A stretch of 57,986 nucleotides of DNA, counting the filler, from Basidiobolus ranarum (lineage: Eukaryota), in the NCBI GenBank assembly GCA_040143965.1. It is 2 parts of 2 records of this genome, joined end to end, with 100 filler letters (N's around TTAATTAATTAA, not from the genome) between each part and the next. Parts side by side here need not be neighbours in the genome. Positions count along the whole stretch, not along the records: positions 1 to 28,994 come from JASJQH010006985.1; 1 more part is not named here. One strand, 5' to 3'. A program made the translations under genes and the position numbers. This document shows, in pieces, positions 10,765 to 23,018 of this stretch. The first letter of the stretch is position 1; each line of letters starts with the position of its first letter. The notes beneath the pieces were generated by a model. It was given only the letters and a program-made list of their open reading frames with translations. It was not told where the DNA came from and ran no database searches.

Positions 10765-12552
10765 ATGGTCTCTTCCGAAACACTTGAATTCATTAACAAC
10801 CCACTTGACGTATTTCAAAAGGTTTTTCAGTCTAAATGGAACAGCGGACAAGGAGACTTGATTAACTGGGGCTTTACCGAGCACTTTAACACTATTTTCA
10901 ACACGGAGGAAAAGGTGCGACAAATACCTTCTTTATCTCATAGGTTGATAAATCAGCTCTCGAAGAACACTTTGGTTCGTTTTCGAGGAATGGTTCAGGA
11001 TACCAGTCTTGGTCAAGAGTGCTTTATTGATGTACTAGAGAGTACCAATAAGATGAATGGTGAAAAAGTATTTCATTGCCTTAGATTTACTGACAGTGAG
11101 CTAGAAGAGGAAACAGAACAGTTTACTCGTCATTTTGAGTCCCCTAACAATCGAGTGGATGAGAAGCAACTTTATTTCTGTGTTTCTATTCCTGGAGAGA
11201 CTGATTGGGCCAAGAGTCAGGCAGAGACCTCCCACTTGAGCTCCGAGCTAGAAGATCAAAACGTCGAGGAGCTCCGTGAAATGACGCAATCTATCTCAAT
11301 CGAAGGCAATACTTTTGAAGTACCCAATGGTGTCAGATCTAGATACCCTTTTCCCGACGAGGATCATCTCCCAGTTTTAGTTAAAGTCTATGGAAGTGAA
11401 GAAGGTCCAAAGGTTGGCGAAGTCGTAGAATTCATCGGTATTTATACTCCCCCAGTATCGCAATCTACCACACAAGCCAATGCGGAATCAAGTGTTAATA
11501 CGCACTCTGTTGAGGTTGATTCTCTACCGTGTCTTCATACAATTGTCCACCGTAAGATTGGCCCGTATTCTGGAATTTATTCACATGAAAAATCGATCCC
11601 CGAAAGTCATATTGCCGAGCTTCGTCAGGAAATGGAAACTATACGCCCCAAACTAATTGAATACTTAGCCTCTTCTCTAGGCGGCGACCAATTGGCCGCA
11701 GAGTTTCTCTTACTCCAGCTTATGTCTTATGTTCATACCCGCAAGAGTGGATTTTGCGTAGGTAATTTATCACTCAACATCTGCAATGTTCCCGAAACGT
11801 TACCAAGTGGAGTCACTTTTAATGGCACTCCGCTAAAAGCCTTCACCTCTAACTTGGCAAAAGTATTGTCATCCCTTCTACCCAAGTTCTATACCTTGCC
11901 TCTTTCACTTGACTTACTTAACAACAATTCATTTACTCCAAGAAGTAATGAATTTCTGAAGTCTGGAATGCTTCAAGTATCTGACGGTACTACTTTATTA
12001 GTCGATGAGACTGCCCTGGATGAAGGAAATCTAAACGACTCTGGAGTACGTAATATCAACGAGTTGCATTCGGTTTTGCAGACACAAGAGTTGACTTATG
12101 TCTTTCCATATTACGAAATGAAATTCCCAGTAAATCTTGGCATAACTGTTTTGTCCAACGCGAAGACATTTTTGCCAGTTGATTGCGTGGTTCCATTGCA
12201 ACCCACTCCCATAACTCCAAGCGATATTGAAGAAAGTTTATTGGATAAATTCCGACTTTACTTGATGATTTTCCAACATATCGACTACAGCATCCCTGAA
12301 CACGTCTCCCAAATACTTCAAGAAGACTTTGTCAAGAGGAGACAAGAAGCATATGCTGCTGGTGAAGAGCTAATGTCACAAGGAGATATGTTGTTTCTTC
12401 TTACCTTGGCTAGACTGGTTGCTCAAACCTTTGGCGAGACCGAATTAACCGAGCAAATATGGAAATACACAGTCGAGTTAAATGAAACGAGGAAACAAAG
12501 GGTAAATGGTTTGCCTACTCGTCAAGTCACAAACCCAACATTGAATCGCTAG
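10765..12552 (+). CDS. MCMBP: Mini-chromosome maintenance complex-binding protein (intronless)
   Basis: LVRFRGMVQD, CVSIPGETDW, EVVEFIGI, LGGDQLAAEFLLLQLMS, LKSGMLQVSDGTTLLVDETALDEGNL. First ATG is at 10765 (MVSSETL). Confidence 0.92.
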   Translation: MVSSETLEFINNPLDVFQKVFQSKWNSGQGDLINWGFTEHFNTIFNTEEKVRQIPSLSHRLINQLSKNTLVRFRGMVQDTSLGQECFIDVLESTNKMNGEKVFHCLRFTDSELEEETEQFTRHFESPNNRVDEKQLYFCVSIPGETDWAKSQAETSHLSSELEDQNVEELREMTQSISIEGNTFEVPNGVRSRYPFPDEDHLPVLVKVYGSEEGPKVGEVVEFIGIYTPPVSQSTTQANAESSVNTHSVEVDSLPCLHTIVHRKIGPYSGIYSHEKSIPESHIAELRQEMETIRPKLIEYLASSLGGDQLAAEFLLLQLMSYVHTRKSGFCVGNLSLNICNVPETLPSGVTFNGTPLKAFTSNLAKVLSSLLPKFYTLPLSLDLLNNNSFTPRSNEFLKSGMLQVSDGTTLLVDETALDEGNLNDSGVRNINELHSVLQTQELTYVFPYYEMKFPVNLGITVLSNAKTFLPVDCVVPLQPTPITPSDIEESLLDKFRLYLMIFQHIDYSIPEHVSQILQEDFVKRRQEAYAAGEELMSQGDMLFLLTLARLVAQTFGETELTEQIWKYTVELNETRKQRVNGLPTRQVTNPTLNR

Positions 12553-13202
12553 CCAACGCATAAAAAATCCACCGATCTCTTCACTTTGTATTATTAATGC
12601 TGAATTCTTCCAACTGATGCTTCAGATTTCTCGTGTACAATTAAACTCTACTAAAAATAAAGAAGCAAATAAGTAGAAACCAAGTACATTCGAACAGTTT
12701 TGAAGATCACATCGCTATTTTAGAAAGTCATTTTGTCTGTCTACAGAGCCTCGAAGCGGGACGGGTTGATAGATAAGAAAATATATAAGATTTGCAATAA
12801 TCCCGTTTCGTGATGGAGATTGAATCCATATCTGAAATACCTGATGATACTAATAAATACCCCATGAGACACAAACCAATGTTCACCATTCAGCTTTTAG
12901 AAATTACACCTGAGCCTTGGACCATTGTGGCAATGAGCATTTGGGGCCTCCTGTTTGTTCCCTGAAAACATCCGACAAATGAATACAAATATCCATGCAA
13001 TTGACACGCAATTACGAGATGGATATCTGATGATGATATTAAATTCTCGGAGGATACACTCGTGTGAATATGATTTATACCTACGTCAAATTAACCTCAA
13101 CTAATTCCGAAAAGTGTCTGATTGGAAGAAGAATTTTTGGGTGGCTTTGGATCCTATCAACTTGTTCTTATAAAGCATACACTTGCTTGAGCTTGGAATA
13201 AT

Positions 13203-14668
13203 ATGTTTAAAATGAGAGGTCTATTAACTAGCATAAACCCCAAGGCTATTCGTAGTTTATCTGCTTTCCAGCTTCAATATCAATCCTATCGTTTTAACCA
13301 AACCTTTGCCAAAATCATCTCTTTTGAGGAATATGGTAAACCCAGTACTGTTTTAAAGTAAGTACAACCAATTTCAATATTGTCTTGTGTAGTTTATTAA
13401 GCTTGGTGTAGAATACGTCAACAGGCTCTACCTGAACTCTCTTCAAAAGATGTCCATATCAAATTCTTGGCTGCTCCAGTCAACCCTGCTGATGTCAACC
13501 AAATAGAAGGTAGCTATCCAGCAAAACCAGTTTTTCACCCTGAAATTGGTGCTATCGGAGGAAATGAAGGAGTAGCTGAAGTGATTTCTGTTGGAACTGA
13601 AGTTAAGGATCTTACTGTAGGAGATTGGGTGATCCCTTCCAAGCCTGGCTTTGGTTGGTATATTATTAAAGGAGTTATTTTTCGATATTGGTATTAACTC
13701 TTTATTTTTAAGGAACTTGGAGAACTCATGCGTCGGTTCAACCCGAAGATATTTACCGCATTCCTAAGGAAGGAATATCAGTCATTCAAGCAGCCACACT
13801 TACAGTTAACCCTTGTACAGCCTATAGAATGTTGAAGGATTTTATTGACTTGAAAGAAGGTGATTTAAATATATAATTAATTCACCTAATTCAATTTATT
13901 TACACTTTATCTCAGGGGATTACGTGATTCAAAATGGAGGTAACAGTGGTGTTGGTCAAGCAGTTATACAAATAGCTCGGGCACGTGGAATTAACACTAT
14001 TAACATAATTCGCGATAGGTAAAGTGATGGAATGAAAAATACTCCATTGTCATATACAATGATATACTTATTTTATTCTTCAAATTCAGAGAAAATTTCG
14101 AGGAAGCCGCACAAAAACTTAAAGATTTAGGAGCAACTCATGTATTTGCTGATACACAAATTCGTAAACCCGATACTCGTGACTTTATCAAGAGTCTTGG
14201 TCGCCCAATTCGCCTCGGATTGAATTGTGTGGGTGGAAAAACAACTACTGATATGGCTAGACTCTTAGGGTAAAAATTCATTGGAATTATTCGTTAATCC
14301 GAATTGAATAATTAATGAGATTGTATAGAAATAATGCTACCTTGGTTACCTATGGAGGCATGAGTAGAGAACCTTTGACATTCCCTACATCCATTTTCAT
14401 CTTCAAGAATCTCACCGCTACTGGATTCTGGATGACAAATTGGGCCAAGGACCATTCTAGGGAAGAGAGAGCTCAAATGTGGAATGAAATACTAGGTATG
14501 ATGCGAGATGGTAAACTCAAAGAAGTTCCCAATGAACAAATCAATTGGGAGACTAGCTCTGAACATATCTCCCAAGATCAAGAACAAAATATGTTGAAGA
14601 AATTTACCGGTGTCGTTGACAAAGCATTGTCAGGCTTTTCAAAAGGAAAACAAATCGTTCTTTTCTAA
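13203..14668 (+). CDS. ETR1: Mitochondrial trans-2-enoyl-ACP/CoA reductase (MECR)
   Basis: Basic presequence; [74 protein letters not shown]. Confidence 0.92.
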
Positions 14669-15108
14669 TAAACATTTGGAACCTATTTTCAATTGAATTT
14701 TATTTATTGGGCCAGATTTATTTACCAGGCATTCGCCAGAAAATCATCGATGATAAAAATAGACAGTTGCCAAGTCTGCTAACAAGATGAGGTATGTCAT
14801 GGATGATCTAATCGGATAGCTCTCAAGTGTTCAAAAGAGTGTACGTGTTGGTTAATTTGATTTATTTAATTACAAATGTGAAGAATTATATATATTTGAA
14901 ACATAAATTTGTACTAGGAAGTTTCAATGATCACAAGAGGAATTCTAAACAGGGAGATTGCTTTAAATGAACTAGTAACGAACGATCATGTACGAACATC
15001 AGCAAATAGAAAAGTATTTTACAAGAACCGTCAGTGAATTGGAGTAAAATGAATACAAACGAAAGATGTAGGATTGAACTTCGGTCTTGAAGGACTGCAG
15101 TTGTATTC

Positions 15109-16083
15109 TTACTGTCCTGATATCTTACGACGCTTACTGCATGACATGAAAGGATCCTCTTCTTCAAGTTCGCGGACAGGTGATGACGATAGGAGGTCTG
15201 CCATTTCTTCCGATGGAAATACGTCCTGCCCTTCAGGAAGTCCCATACCAAACTCATGGCCTCGTAGAGGTGAAAGTGGAGAACTACCCACTTCAAACTC
15301 AACTTTACCTCTAACATCTGGTAAAGGTCTAGTGGCCTTCTCATTGGGGGCCTCGGGATCTTGTTTGGCTAAAATCTGATTATCTTCCGGTTTGGCTTGA
15401 ATATCTTCAATTGATTCACCTTGGATTGATAGGCGTCTTAGCTTTGGTGGATTATTAAAACCGAAAGCAGGACTTTGGACAGATATTTTAGATGGCAGTC
15501 TGGCAGGTGTGTTCGATAAAAGACACTTGACAAAAGGAGAGGATGGAACTCCCAAGCTCTCGCCAGGCTTAACATGGGCCGCGCTACTAGTCAAACGAAT
15601 TGGAGTTGTACTAGAGACCTCGATGAGTGGTTGACGAACACGAGGCTTAGGTGAGAACACATCTATCTTCTCCAGCTCCCTGCGCTCACTATCTCTTAAT
15701 AATCTGGTAGCGAGAGGAGGTTGTGCCTCCAGTCTTTGAGCAAGACTACCAGGGCTAAAGAGAACAGAAGGACCTTTGCGTACATTAGGATCCAAGAACA
15801 AATTTTGGGTATTGGCATTGAGTTGTAAATCAGTTTTTGTTGGTGAGCCTGAAGGAGAAGCTCTATTGGAAAGACTTGAACGAATACCAGGTGTTTGAGC
15901 TTTGCGTTCATATCGTTGGTTTGTTGGAGAGAGGGTTAAACTCGAATCTAGTCCATTCGCAGAAATTGAACGGTCAGGAGGAGGTAAAGTCCAACACTGG
16001 CGGTGATGTTTGGGCGATAAGGCCTTGAGGTCAGGATGCTTAGAACTTGGTGTAAGGGGACGAGTCATTGTAAAAGTGGACAT
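15109..16083 (-). CDS. Uncharacterised disordered Ser/Pro-rich protein with many S/T-P sites
   Basis: 324-codon ATG ORF, low complexity, C-terminal SKRRK; no recognisable folded domain. Confidence 0.7.
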   Translation of the reverse strand: MSTFTMTRPLTPSSKHPDLKALSPKHHRQCWTLPPPDRSISANGLDSSLTLSPTNQRYERKAQTPGIRSSLSNRASPSGSPTKTDLQLNANTQNLFLDPNVRKGPSVLFSPGSLAQRLEAQPPLATRLLRDSERRELEKIDVFSPKPRVRQPLIEVSSTTPIRLTSSAAHVKPGESLGVPSSPFVKCLLSNTPARLPSKISVQSPAFGFNNPPKLRRLSIQGESIEDIQAKPEDNQILAKQDPEAPNEKATRPLPDVRGKVEFEVGSSPLSPLRGHEFGMGLPEGQDVFPSEEMADLLSSSPVRELEEEDPFMSCSKRRKISGQ

Positions 16084-17148
16084 ATTGGTAAATAAAGCGC
16101 CAATAATGTGTGAGTTAAAAATAAATATAGCAGAGGTGCGTTTGTTGGTCTACTGGGATAAAGGTAAAGATGAGAGGCCTTTGGCAGATTAGGTGCAATT
16201 AATATATCCTGACCCATGTCTGCAATTCAAAACAAAGACACTGTTTGTACGACTGGCTATTACGACAGGGGCTAGGAAGTAAACAAATTGCCAGGTCTTA
16301 CTAAATCTATGCACGTATAAGGAATTGAAATATTACGCATTCGTGACCTTGGTTTAATACTTAACCTATTATACAATGCCACTAAATGAATAATGAATCT
16401 ATTCCAATCAAAGCTTATGATGTAACATTTAATAAATTAAGAGTTACCTATCTTTTTGGACCATCCTTTTGGACCGCTCAACTTCCAAGTCTCATCAAAT
16501 GTAAACAATGAAAATAAAGACCGCAATTTATAGCCCACCAATGATGCCTGTTTATTTTGGAATAATGAGCTTTCATTGGTCATTGAGTATCTAAATCTGG
16601 TTCTCGATCCTAAAATCAAATAATAAAAATAGCATATGAAAGAAGCTACTGCGCCTTGTCAAGGAGCTAGCTTCAAGAACCGATGTTGCCAAGTTGAATA
16701 AACATGGTGTAAGCACATTAACCATGCATAAGATGGATTTAGAAAAGGAAGTGGATGATTGGCCATGAGTCGAGTTAACTGGGTTCTGACAATACCATAC
16801 ATCCTGGCTGAAATCTCGTTTTGCCTCTCTCTGAATGATTACATATCATATATAAGGTATTCATTGGTGAAGGAATTTCTTCATAGATAGCCCTAAACAT
16901 GTACCACATGTATAGACGAGATACCGGTTCTAGGATGCGTTAAATCACACTTATCAAATACCAATTGTATGTAGGTAGCACTTCAGACTTGCATGCAAAG
17001 TGATGGAAGATACAATGTAGTTACTTCAATTCTGGTTTAATTTTATTGTTTCAGATACAACATTAAATTATAGAGGCTAGGAAGAAACGGGAGCTAACAG
17101 TAAACGATAGGATAATACAATTTTAAACCAGTAGGTTAACGAAGACGC

Positions 17149-18422
17149 TCAAAAAGTAAAGCCACATTCACGTAGGGAATCCTTCAAAGCGTTTAGTAAT
17201 GTCTCTATATGAAGTCGATCTGGCTGAATTACTGAGGTTCCCATGTGTCCAATTCTGAAATATTTAGTCGCAATTGCTGGATGCAAACCTCCAGCAATCA
17301 TGACACCCCGTTTTGCCATCTTCGGTAACAAATCTGTGGCCTGGATACCACTCGGGTAATAGATTGCCGTTAAACCATTTGCCGAGGATTCTCTCGAATT
17401 AGATACCAATTCCAGCCCCCAGCTTTGGATGGTATCTTTAATCACATTGCTAACTTCTTGATGTCTTGAAAAACTCTTTTCCATACCATAGTTTAGGAGT
17501 TTCTTTAAGGCTACATTCAATGCCATGATAAGTTGAACCGGTGGCGTAGCAAAGTAGGATGGCTTACGAGCCTCATAATTTTGCATAATAGGGATCCAAC
17601 GATGCCATGCTGCGAAGTAACTTTGAGGCTGTGATTTGCGGGATTTGAAAGTCTCAATTGCTCGAGCGCTTGCTACCAATAGAGATAGTCCCGGTGGAGC
17701 ACCAATTGCCTTCTGACTTGCTGTAACGACGATGTCCAAACCCCAGTCGTCCATTCTAATGGATTCACATCCAACGGAACATACGCCATCAACAACAATC
17801 AACGATTCAGGAGAAACTGCACGTATCAAGCTAGCAACAGATTCAATATCAAGCATAACTCCAGTGCTGGTGTCAACATGGGTTAATGCAACGAGTTTGA
17901 ATTTACGCTGTTGAAGGGTTTTCTTAATTTCTGATAGAGTTACAGTTGATCCAAGTGGTTTTGAGGCAATACAGGTAACACTGCCACCATAAGCGGCGAA
18001 ACACTCGGCAAATTTATCACCAAAAAATCCATTGCTGACTACCAAGATGTCTTCTCCAGGTTCAACTAGATTGCTTGCAACCATGTCCCAGGAGAGGGTA
18101 CCAGAGCCCGCAACCACAAATGGTTGCCCAGAGCTGTACAACACAACGCGGAGCATTTCTAAGCATTCTCCAAAGATATTGATGAAGTTGGGATCGGTGT
18201 GCGAAGTGGCGCCTGTTTGCATAGCTTCGAGGACATCTTCATGGCATTCAATTGGGCCTATGTATCATTAGATTTTAGAAATAATTACTGTGGGCGAATA
18301 CTTGCAACAAACTTACCGGGTATCATCAATAGCTTTCTTTCGCGCCCATGAGATCTGATAACCTCCAAAATATCATCCTCAATCAATGGTGGAGTGTAAG
18401 AATTAAAAGGCTGAGTAGACAT
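17149..18422 (-). CDS. AGX1: Alanine-glyoxylate aminotransferase (class V PLP enzyme), 2 exons
   Basis: KLLMIP/GP across one intron; GSGTLSWD, THVDTSTG, VDGVCS, TASQKAIGAPPG (PLP Lys), YFATPP, YFRIGHMG. Confidence 0.92.
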
Positions 18423-19629
18423 ATTCCGAATGCAACACAGAAAAAAATATGAATTGGTGTTGACTCGGTGGAATGAGTGGTGCTATATATACGCTTCAGT
18501 TTCCTTTCCCCACTCTTCCCTTATTGCAACCCCTCAATCAAACGTGACCATCTCCTGAGCATGTCTCCTCCCCTCTAATGCTTTTAAAACTGAATTAAAG
18601 TACAGTATACATTAAGAACCAATTAAAAATAAATTGATTTGTAATATATTTTGGGGATTCGTTCTCATCTGCACGGAGTATCGAAACGTAATACAACGGA
18701 TCCGTATCAGTCGTTGACATGCAATGAGTCACATTTTGCTCGTTACATCTCTTCATTGGATAATCCCCTACGCTGTTATCGGATTATCCCAACAAAGATT
18801 CTGATAACCAATGCCACACCCAATGTGATGCCCAATGTGATACTTCAAGTTTTAAATACCCAGCCCTACCTAAGATTTTCTTTTGGAGTGACCCTGCTAA
18901 AGATCGATAAGTTAGGGGCAAGGGTTAAGGGTAAGTGGCAAGGGCATAACTGTATATATTTCCTTGCAGTAAATTTGTCCTCGTATCGAGAACGCGAGGG
19001 CGAAGAATTTAGAAATGAGCAAACATGTACATGATGTCGAGAGGCTTGTGACTTAAGTAAATGCAAGAATTCATTGATTTTTTGTCACAGTCATGTAGAT
19101 TGTGAACTGTGCACACCTGCCAATGTTGCCCAAAAATTGGTAACGTGAAGCGAGAGGTTGAAACCTCTAAAAGCGTAAATGATAAACTCATGGATTAAGC
19201 TCATTAACCCCGACTAGGATACCTCGGTGCATGTGTCAGGCTTGGGTATCAGAACGTACAGTATGACACATGGCTCAAATCTTCCACCATTATTCATTGC
19301 ATATGGTCAATGTTCACCAAACTTAGTGAGATTATATCTTGATTTTTGACTGCGCTTCTGGCTCAGTCAATATTTACCAAAATAGATTAGCAAATCTCTC
19401 GTGCTCTCTTCGAAATAATACATATACGATAGCTCATGTAGGTAATAATACATTTGTTGACCAAAGTACAACATTCGAATGCTTTTCAAAATTAAATCAA
19501 AACATTTAATATAGTAACCAAATAAACGAGGTATATATCTAGCAAAATATCACTGGTTCGCAAAGGAATGAATAATCCGACTGATTAGAGATGTATAGCC
19601 ATGTTAAATGAATTTAAAACTATCTAAAA

Positions 19630-20577
19630 CTAATAATAATAGTAAAATCCTGCCAGAGCAGATATACCTAAAGACCAGAGTGTTAACCCTGGGCTTATGA
19701 TAGAGCTATCTGAAGTGAGTTGAACGGGATCACCCACACTGAACTGAATATTCCTGTAGTATGTATAGGTGTCAATGGGTGTCGCATAGGAAGGGTCACC
19801 TCCACCAAAGAATGTACTGAAAAGAATATCGTTGATTGCAATAGCTCCGCTCTTTCTAAAGACCATTCCAGACATATCTAGCCATATTTTATCATTCACA
19901 TACAACTGTAGTACACCATTGCTTTTTCCCGGAGTATTCAACTGGATATAAAGTTGCATTTTGTTCCAAGCTCCAAGATTCAAGAGCACACCTTGTCCCA
20001 AAGAAACACCAAACTTATCGCGACAGGTAGCTCGTGGGTTGGAGCAAAGTTCCTTGCTATTAGGAATATATGCATACACTTCACCACTACCTCTTTCTCT
20101 CCACATTAAACGAGCAGAGAAGCAATGGTCACCATCATTTTTATCACCACCGGTGCAACCGTATTTCGGGTCGCCACCAAAAATACCAGGAAGTTTACCC
20201 CCTTTTGCCCAAGGGAAATCGGAAGGAAAACCAACTTCGTAGCTTAGCAGAGCACGGTCAAAGTTTTGCCCAGCAAAGGGCTGGGAGAAAAACTCAACTC
20301 CGCCGATAGGTGAAGACTTCAGGCTATAGCTGTTTTTGGGATAAAAAACGCTATATACGTTCTGTGTAGTATTAGTGAGGGGATCTACGACTACTTTCAT
20401 GTTGTCGAGAGATGCTTTAGTTGCAGACACATAATTCCAATCTCCTCCCTTAGGATCGGTTGGTTTGGCGTTATCAAGAGAGGGTTGCCAAGTATTTTTT
20501 AAACCCAAGCTCTGAATCAAATCTTGGGAATATACTGAGGTTAATAGACAGTAAACGGTAAAGGAGCGTAGGTACAT
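19630..20577 (-). CDS. Polysaccharide lyase family 14 protein, secreted, probable GPI/membrane anchor
   Basis: Signal peptide; YPKNSY, GGVEFF, FPWAKGGKLPGIFGG, FSARLMWR, FSTFFGG; Ser-rich linker and hydrophobic C-terminal tail. Confidence 0.85.
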   Translation of the reverse strand: MYLRSFTVYCLLTSVYSQDLIQSLGLKNTWQPSLDNAKPTDPKGGDWNYVSATKASLDNMKVVVDPLTNTTQNVYSVFYPKNSYSLKSSPIGGVEFFSQPFAGQNFDRALLSYEVGFPSDFPWAKGGKLPGIFGGDPKYGCTGGDKNDGDHCFSARLMWRERGSGEVYAYIPNSKELCSNPRATCRDKFGVSLGQGVLLNLGAWNKMQLYIQLNTPGKSNGVLQLYVNDKIWLDMSGMVFRKSGAIAINDILFSTFFGGGDPSYATPIDTYTYYRNIQFSVGDPVQLTSDSSIISPGLTLWSLGISALAGFYYYY

Positions 20578-21457
20578 ATTAAACGAAGAAGAGAACTTCG
20601 CTATAATACGATGGAAGCTAATAACAAAATAGATAAGTTTAAATTAAATATCTTAATGACCCAAAACATTATATAATCGGTAGCACACTCTAATTCTTTC
20701 CATAATTATTTTATTCCATATTCGGAGCCAATATATTTCCCATAAACAAAGCGCCTCTTATTCTATTTTAAGTTCTACCTAATTTGACCATTGCATTACG
20801 CTCTGCTTCACCAAATAATGAATAGCCCTCGCTAAATGACATAACATAACGGGAGTAGTTTTGTCACAGAAATGCCTATGCATATTGATTAGGAACTAGA
20901 TGCTGATGCCTACCTTTCTGAATAATCATCCTATATCAGAATTGGGCAGTTTTACTCTAAAAAGCTCCAAGATAAATATCCAAATTCACATCATCGATGT
21001 TTATTGGACTATATGTAGCATTAATTTATCCAATTGAAATCAGTTTGTTCTTTTGGCGTTGCGAGGTCTTATTGTATTGCGAATAGGAATATCTCTCTCC
21101 GAAGCGAATCCCGCCTTCATCAAAATGGTGCGCAGGTACCAAGCTTTCGGTGGTCCGGATAATTCATTTGAAGGGGCGGCGGATTGGGTATGCGCAACCA
21201 ATCAAGCTTGAATATAACTTGCATATTTGGAGGCGGTAACTCGCTCGTGGACATCACAAGCAACATGAGGTAATGTCATCTATAAGCTAGATTATGTAGT
21301 GAATCTCAACAACTATTAGTAAAAGATATTTACATTCAAAACATGAGGGGAGGGGAAATATATTACAAATCAAGAATTGATGATTAACTCTTTGCTTATA
21401 TTTGTACAAGTTTCGATGATATCATTAGATTCTGAAGGAACATTTAAGAATACCATA

Positions 21458-23018
21458 TCAAGTGGATTTGCGTTTCTTCTCAAATGCTGGCTTGTTGGAT
21501 TCGTCTCTTCTTTCAATGAGCAGACTTTTAAGTAACGATTTCTGTTAAGAGATTTAATAGAGCGTCATATAAACCATAGAATATTAGTTAGGGTTATAAA
21601 AAGTTACTCCACTAAAAGCCCAACGCTATTATATATACTACACTATCAATAAATCCCTTTACTAACGTAGAAATTTAGCTCACCTCAATTTCCAATTCTC
21701 TAACTCGCTCTTCGAGGTACTCTCGATGCTTTCGTAGCTTCCGTTCAGCTATCACCTCATGTTCCAGTTCACTTACTCTTGTTTCCAGATATCGGTTTCG
21801 CTCTTTGAGATATTCTCTTGAGTAAAGGTAACTTCTATCGTGGCTCCCATCATCAGAATGAGTTGATACTGAAGAGCCTCGGTGGAGCTCATATGAAGAC
21901 TCTCTTTCATACTCTAATCTTTCTATCAATCCACTTCGATTAGGGTGAACCAAATGTGCGATAGTATCTGATGGAGGTTCGCTATGAGCTTGTTCTTGTG
22001 TTGAGGACATCTGAAAGGAGGAAAAGAAATCAATCGGTGATATACAAAATCGGCAAAATTCCAAATCATTACTCACTTGCCATATATGTGATGATTGGGG
22101 AGAATCTGGAATCGTTGAGCTGCCAAGAAGTTGTGATGATGAGGTTTGGTTCAAGGAGGAAGGTATGATTGGTGATGAATGACTCTCAGTAGGAGAATGA
22201 TGATAGAAAATGTATTCGGTAGAATTTGAAGTGGATGCTTGCTGGGTTAGAGTGGAGATTTGTATGAGTGTTTGCTTGGGATCATGAAGTACTTGATTTG
22301 ATGATGCCGAGGTAGATGGTTCCTGAGAAATGATTGCTACCTTCCCCCGATTCTTTGATGTGCTACAACCGGTTCCACCGTCCGCTTTTCGATGCCGATT
22401 CAGGGAATCCAATCTAGCGAAGGTCCGACCACATAACTCACACTCATGGGGACGCTCTCCAGTATGAAGCTTCACATGTCTCTTCAAGTCATGTTGACGT
22501 CTAAAGTAATGGTGGCATATTGTACATTGGTGTTGGCGCTCTTGATTATGCGTCAAATAGTGAGATTTTAGATTGTGAAGACGACTGAAGGACTGGTCAC
22601 ACTGGTTGCAAGCATACGGTTTCTCTGGAGTCGAGTTTGCACTGGCAAAAGATTGTCCAGAATTCAAGGAGAAAGTGCTAAATGCACTGGAGAAAGAATT
22701 AGGAATATCGGGGGATTCGTGTATAGAAAATTTAGATGTAAACGGCGCTTCAGAGCTACTTTTATTTTTTTTTGGTTTGGATTTGGAAGTACTCGGCTCA
22801 GATGGCATATTTTGCTGAGAACTAGAGGGTTCCAAGACCTGGTCCGGCGACGGTGGCGTACGAACCGACGACATTCTGAACGGATTACTCGAATAATACT
22901 TTGGTGGCTGTTGGAGATTTGGGGAACAAAGAATGCAAGAACTTCCAAAGATAAATGATGAAGTCTTTTTATGAGATGTAGCTCCATTTCCACACGGGAA
23001 ATTTGTTATAGGCCTCAT
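21458..23018 (-). CDS. C2H2 zinc-finger transcription factor (Crz1-like recognition helices) with C-terminal coiled coil
   Basis: Fingers FSRLHNLKSH, FRRQHDLKRH, FARLDSLNRH and a TGERP linker. Probable introns at 22011-22076 and after ELEIE; last exon KSLLKSLLIE..KRKST*. Start codon uncertain. Confidence 0.8.

Noticed and set aside
10765-12552. Intronless MCMBP as a possible retrogene
   Set aside because: Several other genes here are also intronless, and no poly(A) remnant or target-site duplication is visible.
21040-21280. Minus-strand frame with one in-frame TGA plus a nearby hairpin (SECIS-like idea)
   Set aside because: The peptide has no redox motif, the helix above the ATGA/GA core pairs poorly, and the hairpin would lie inside the frame.
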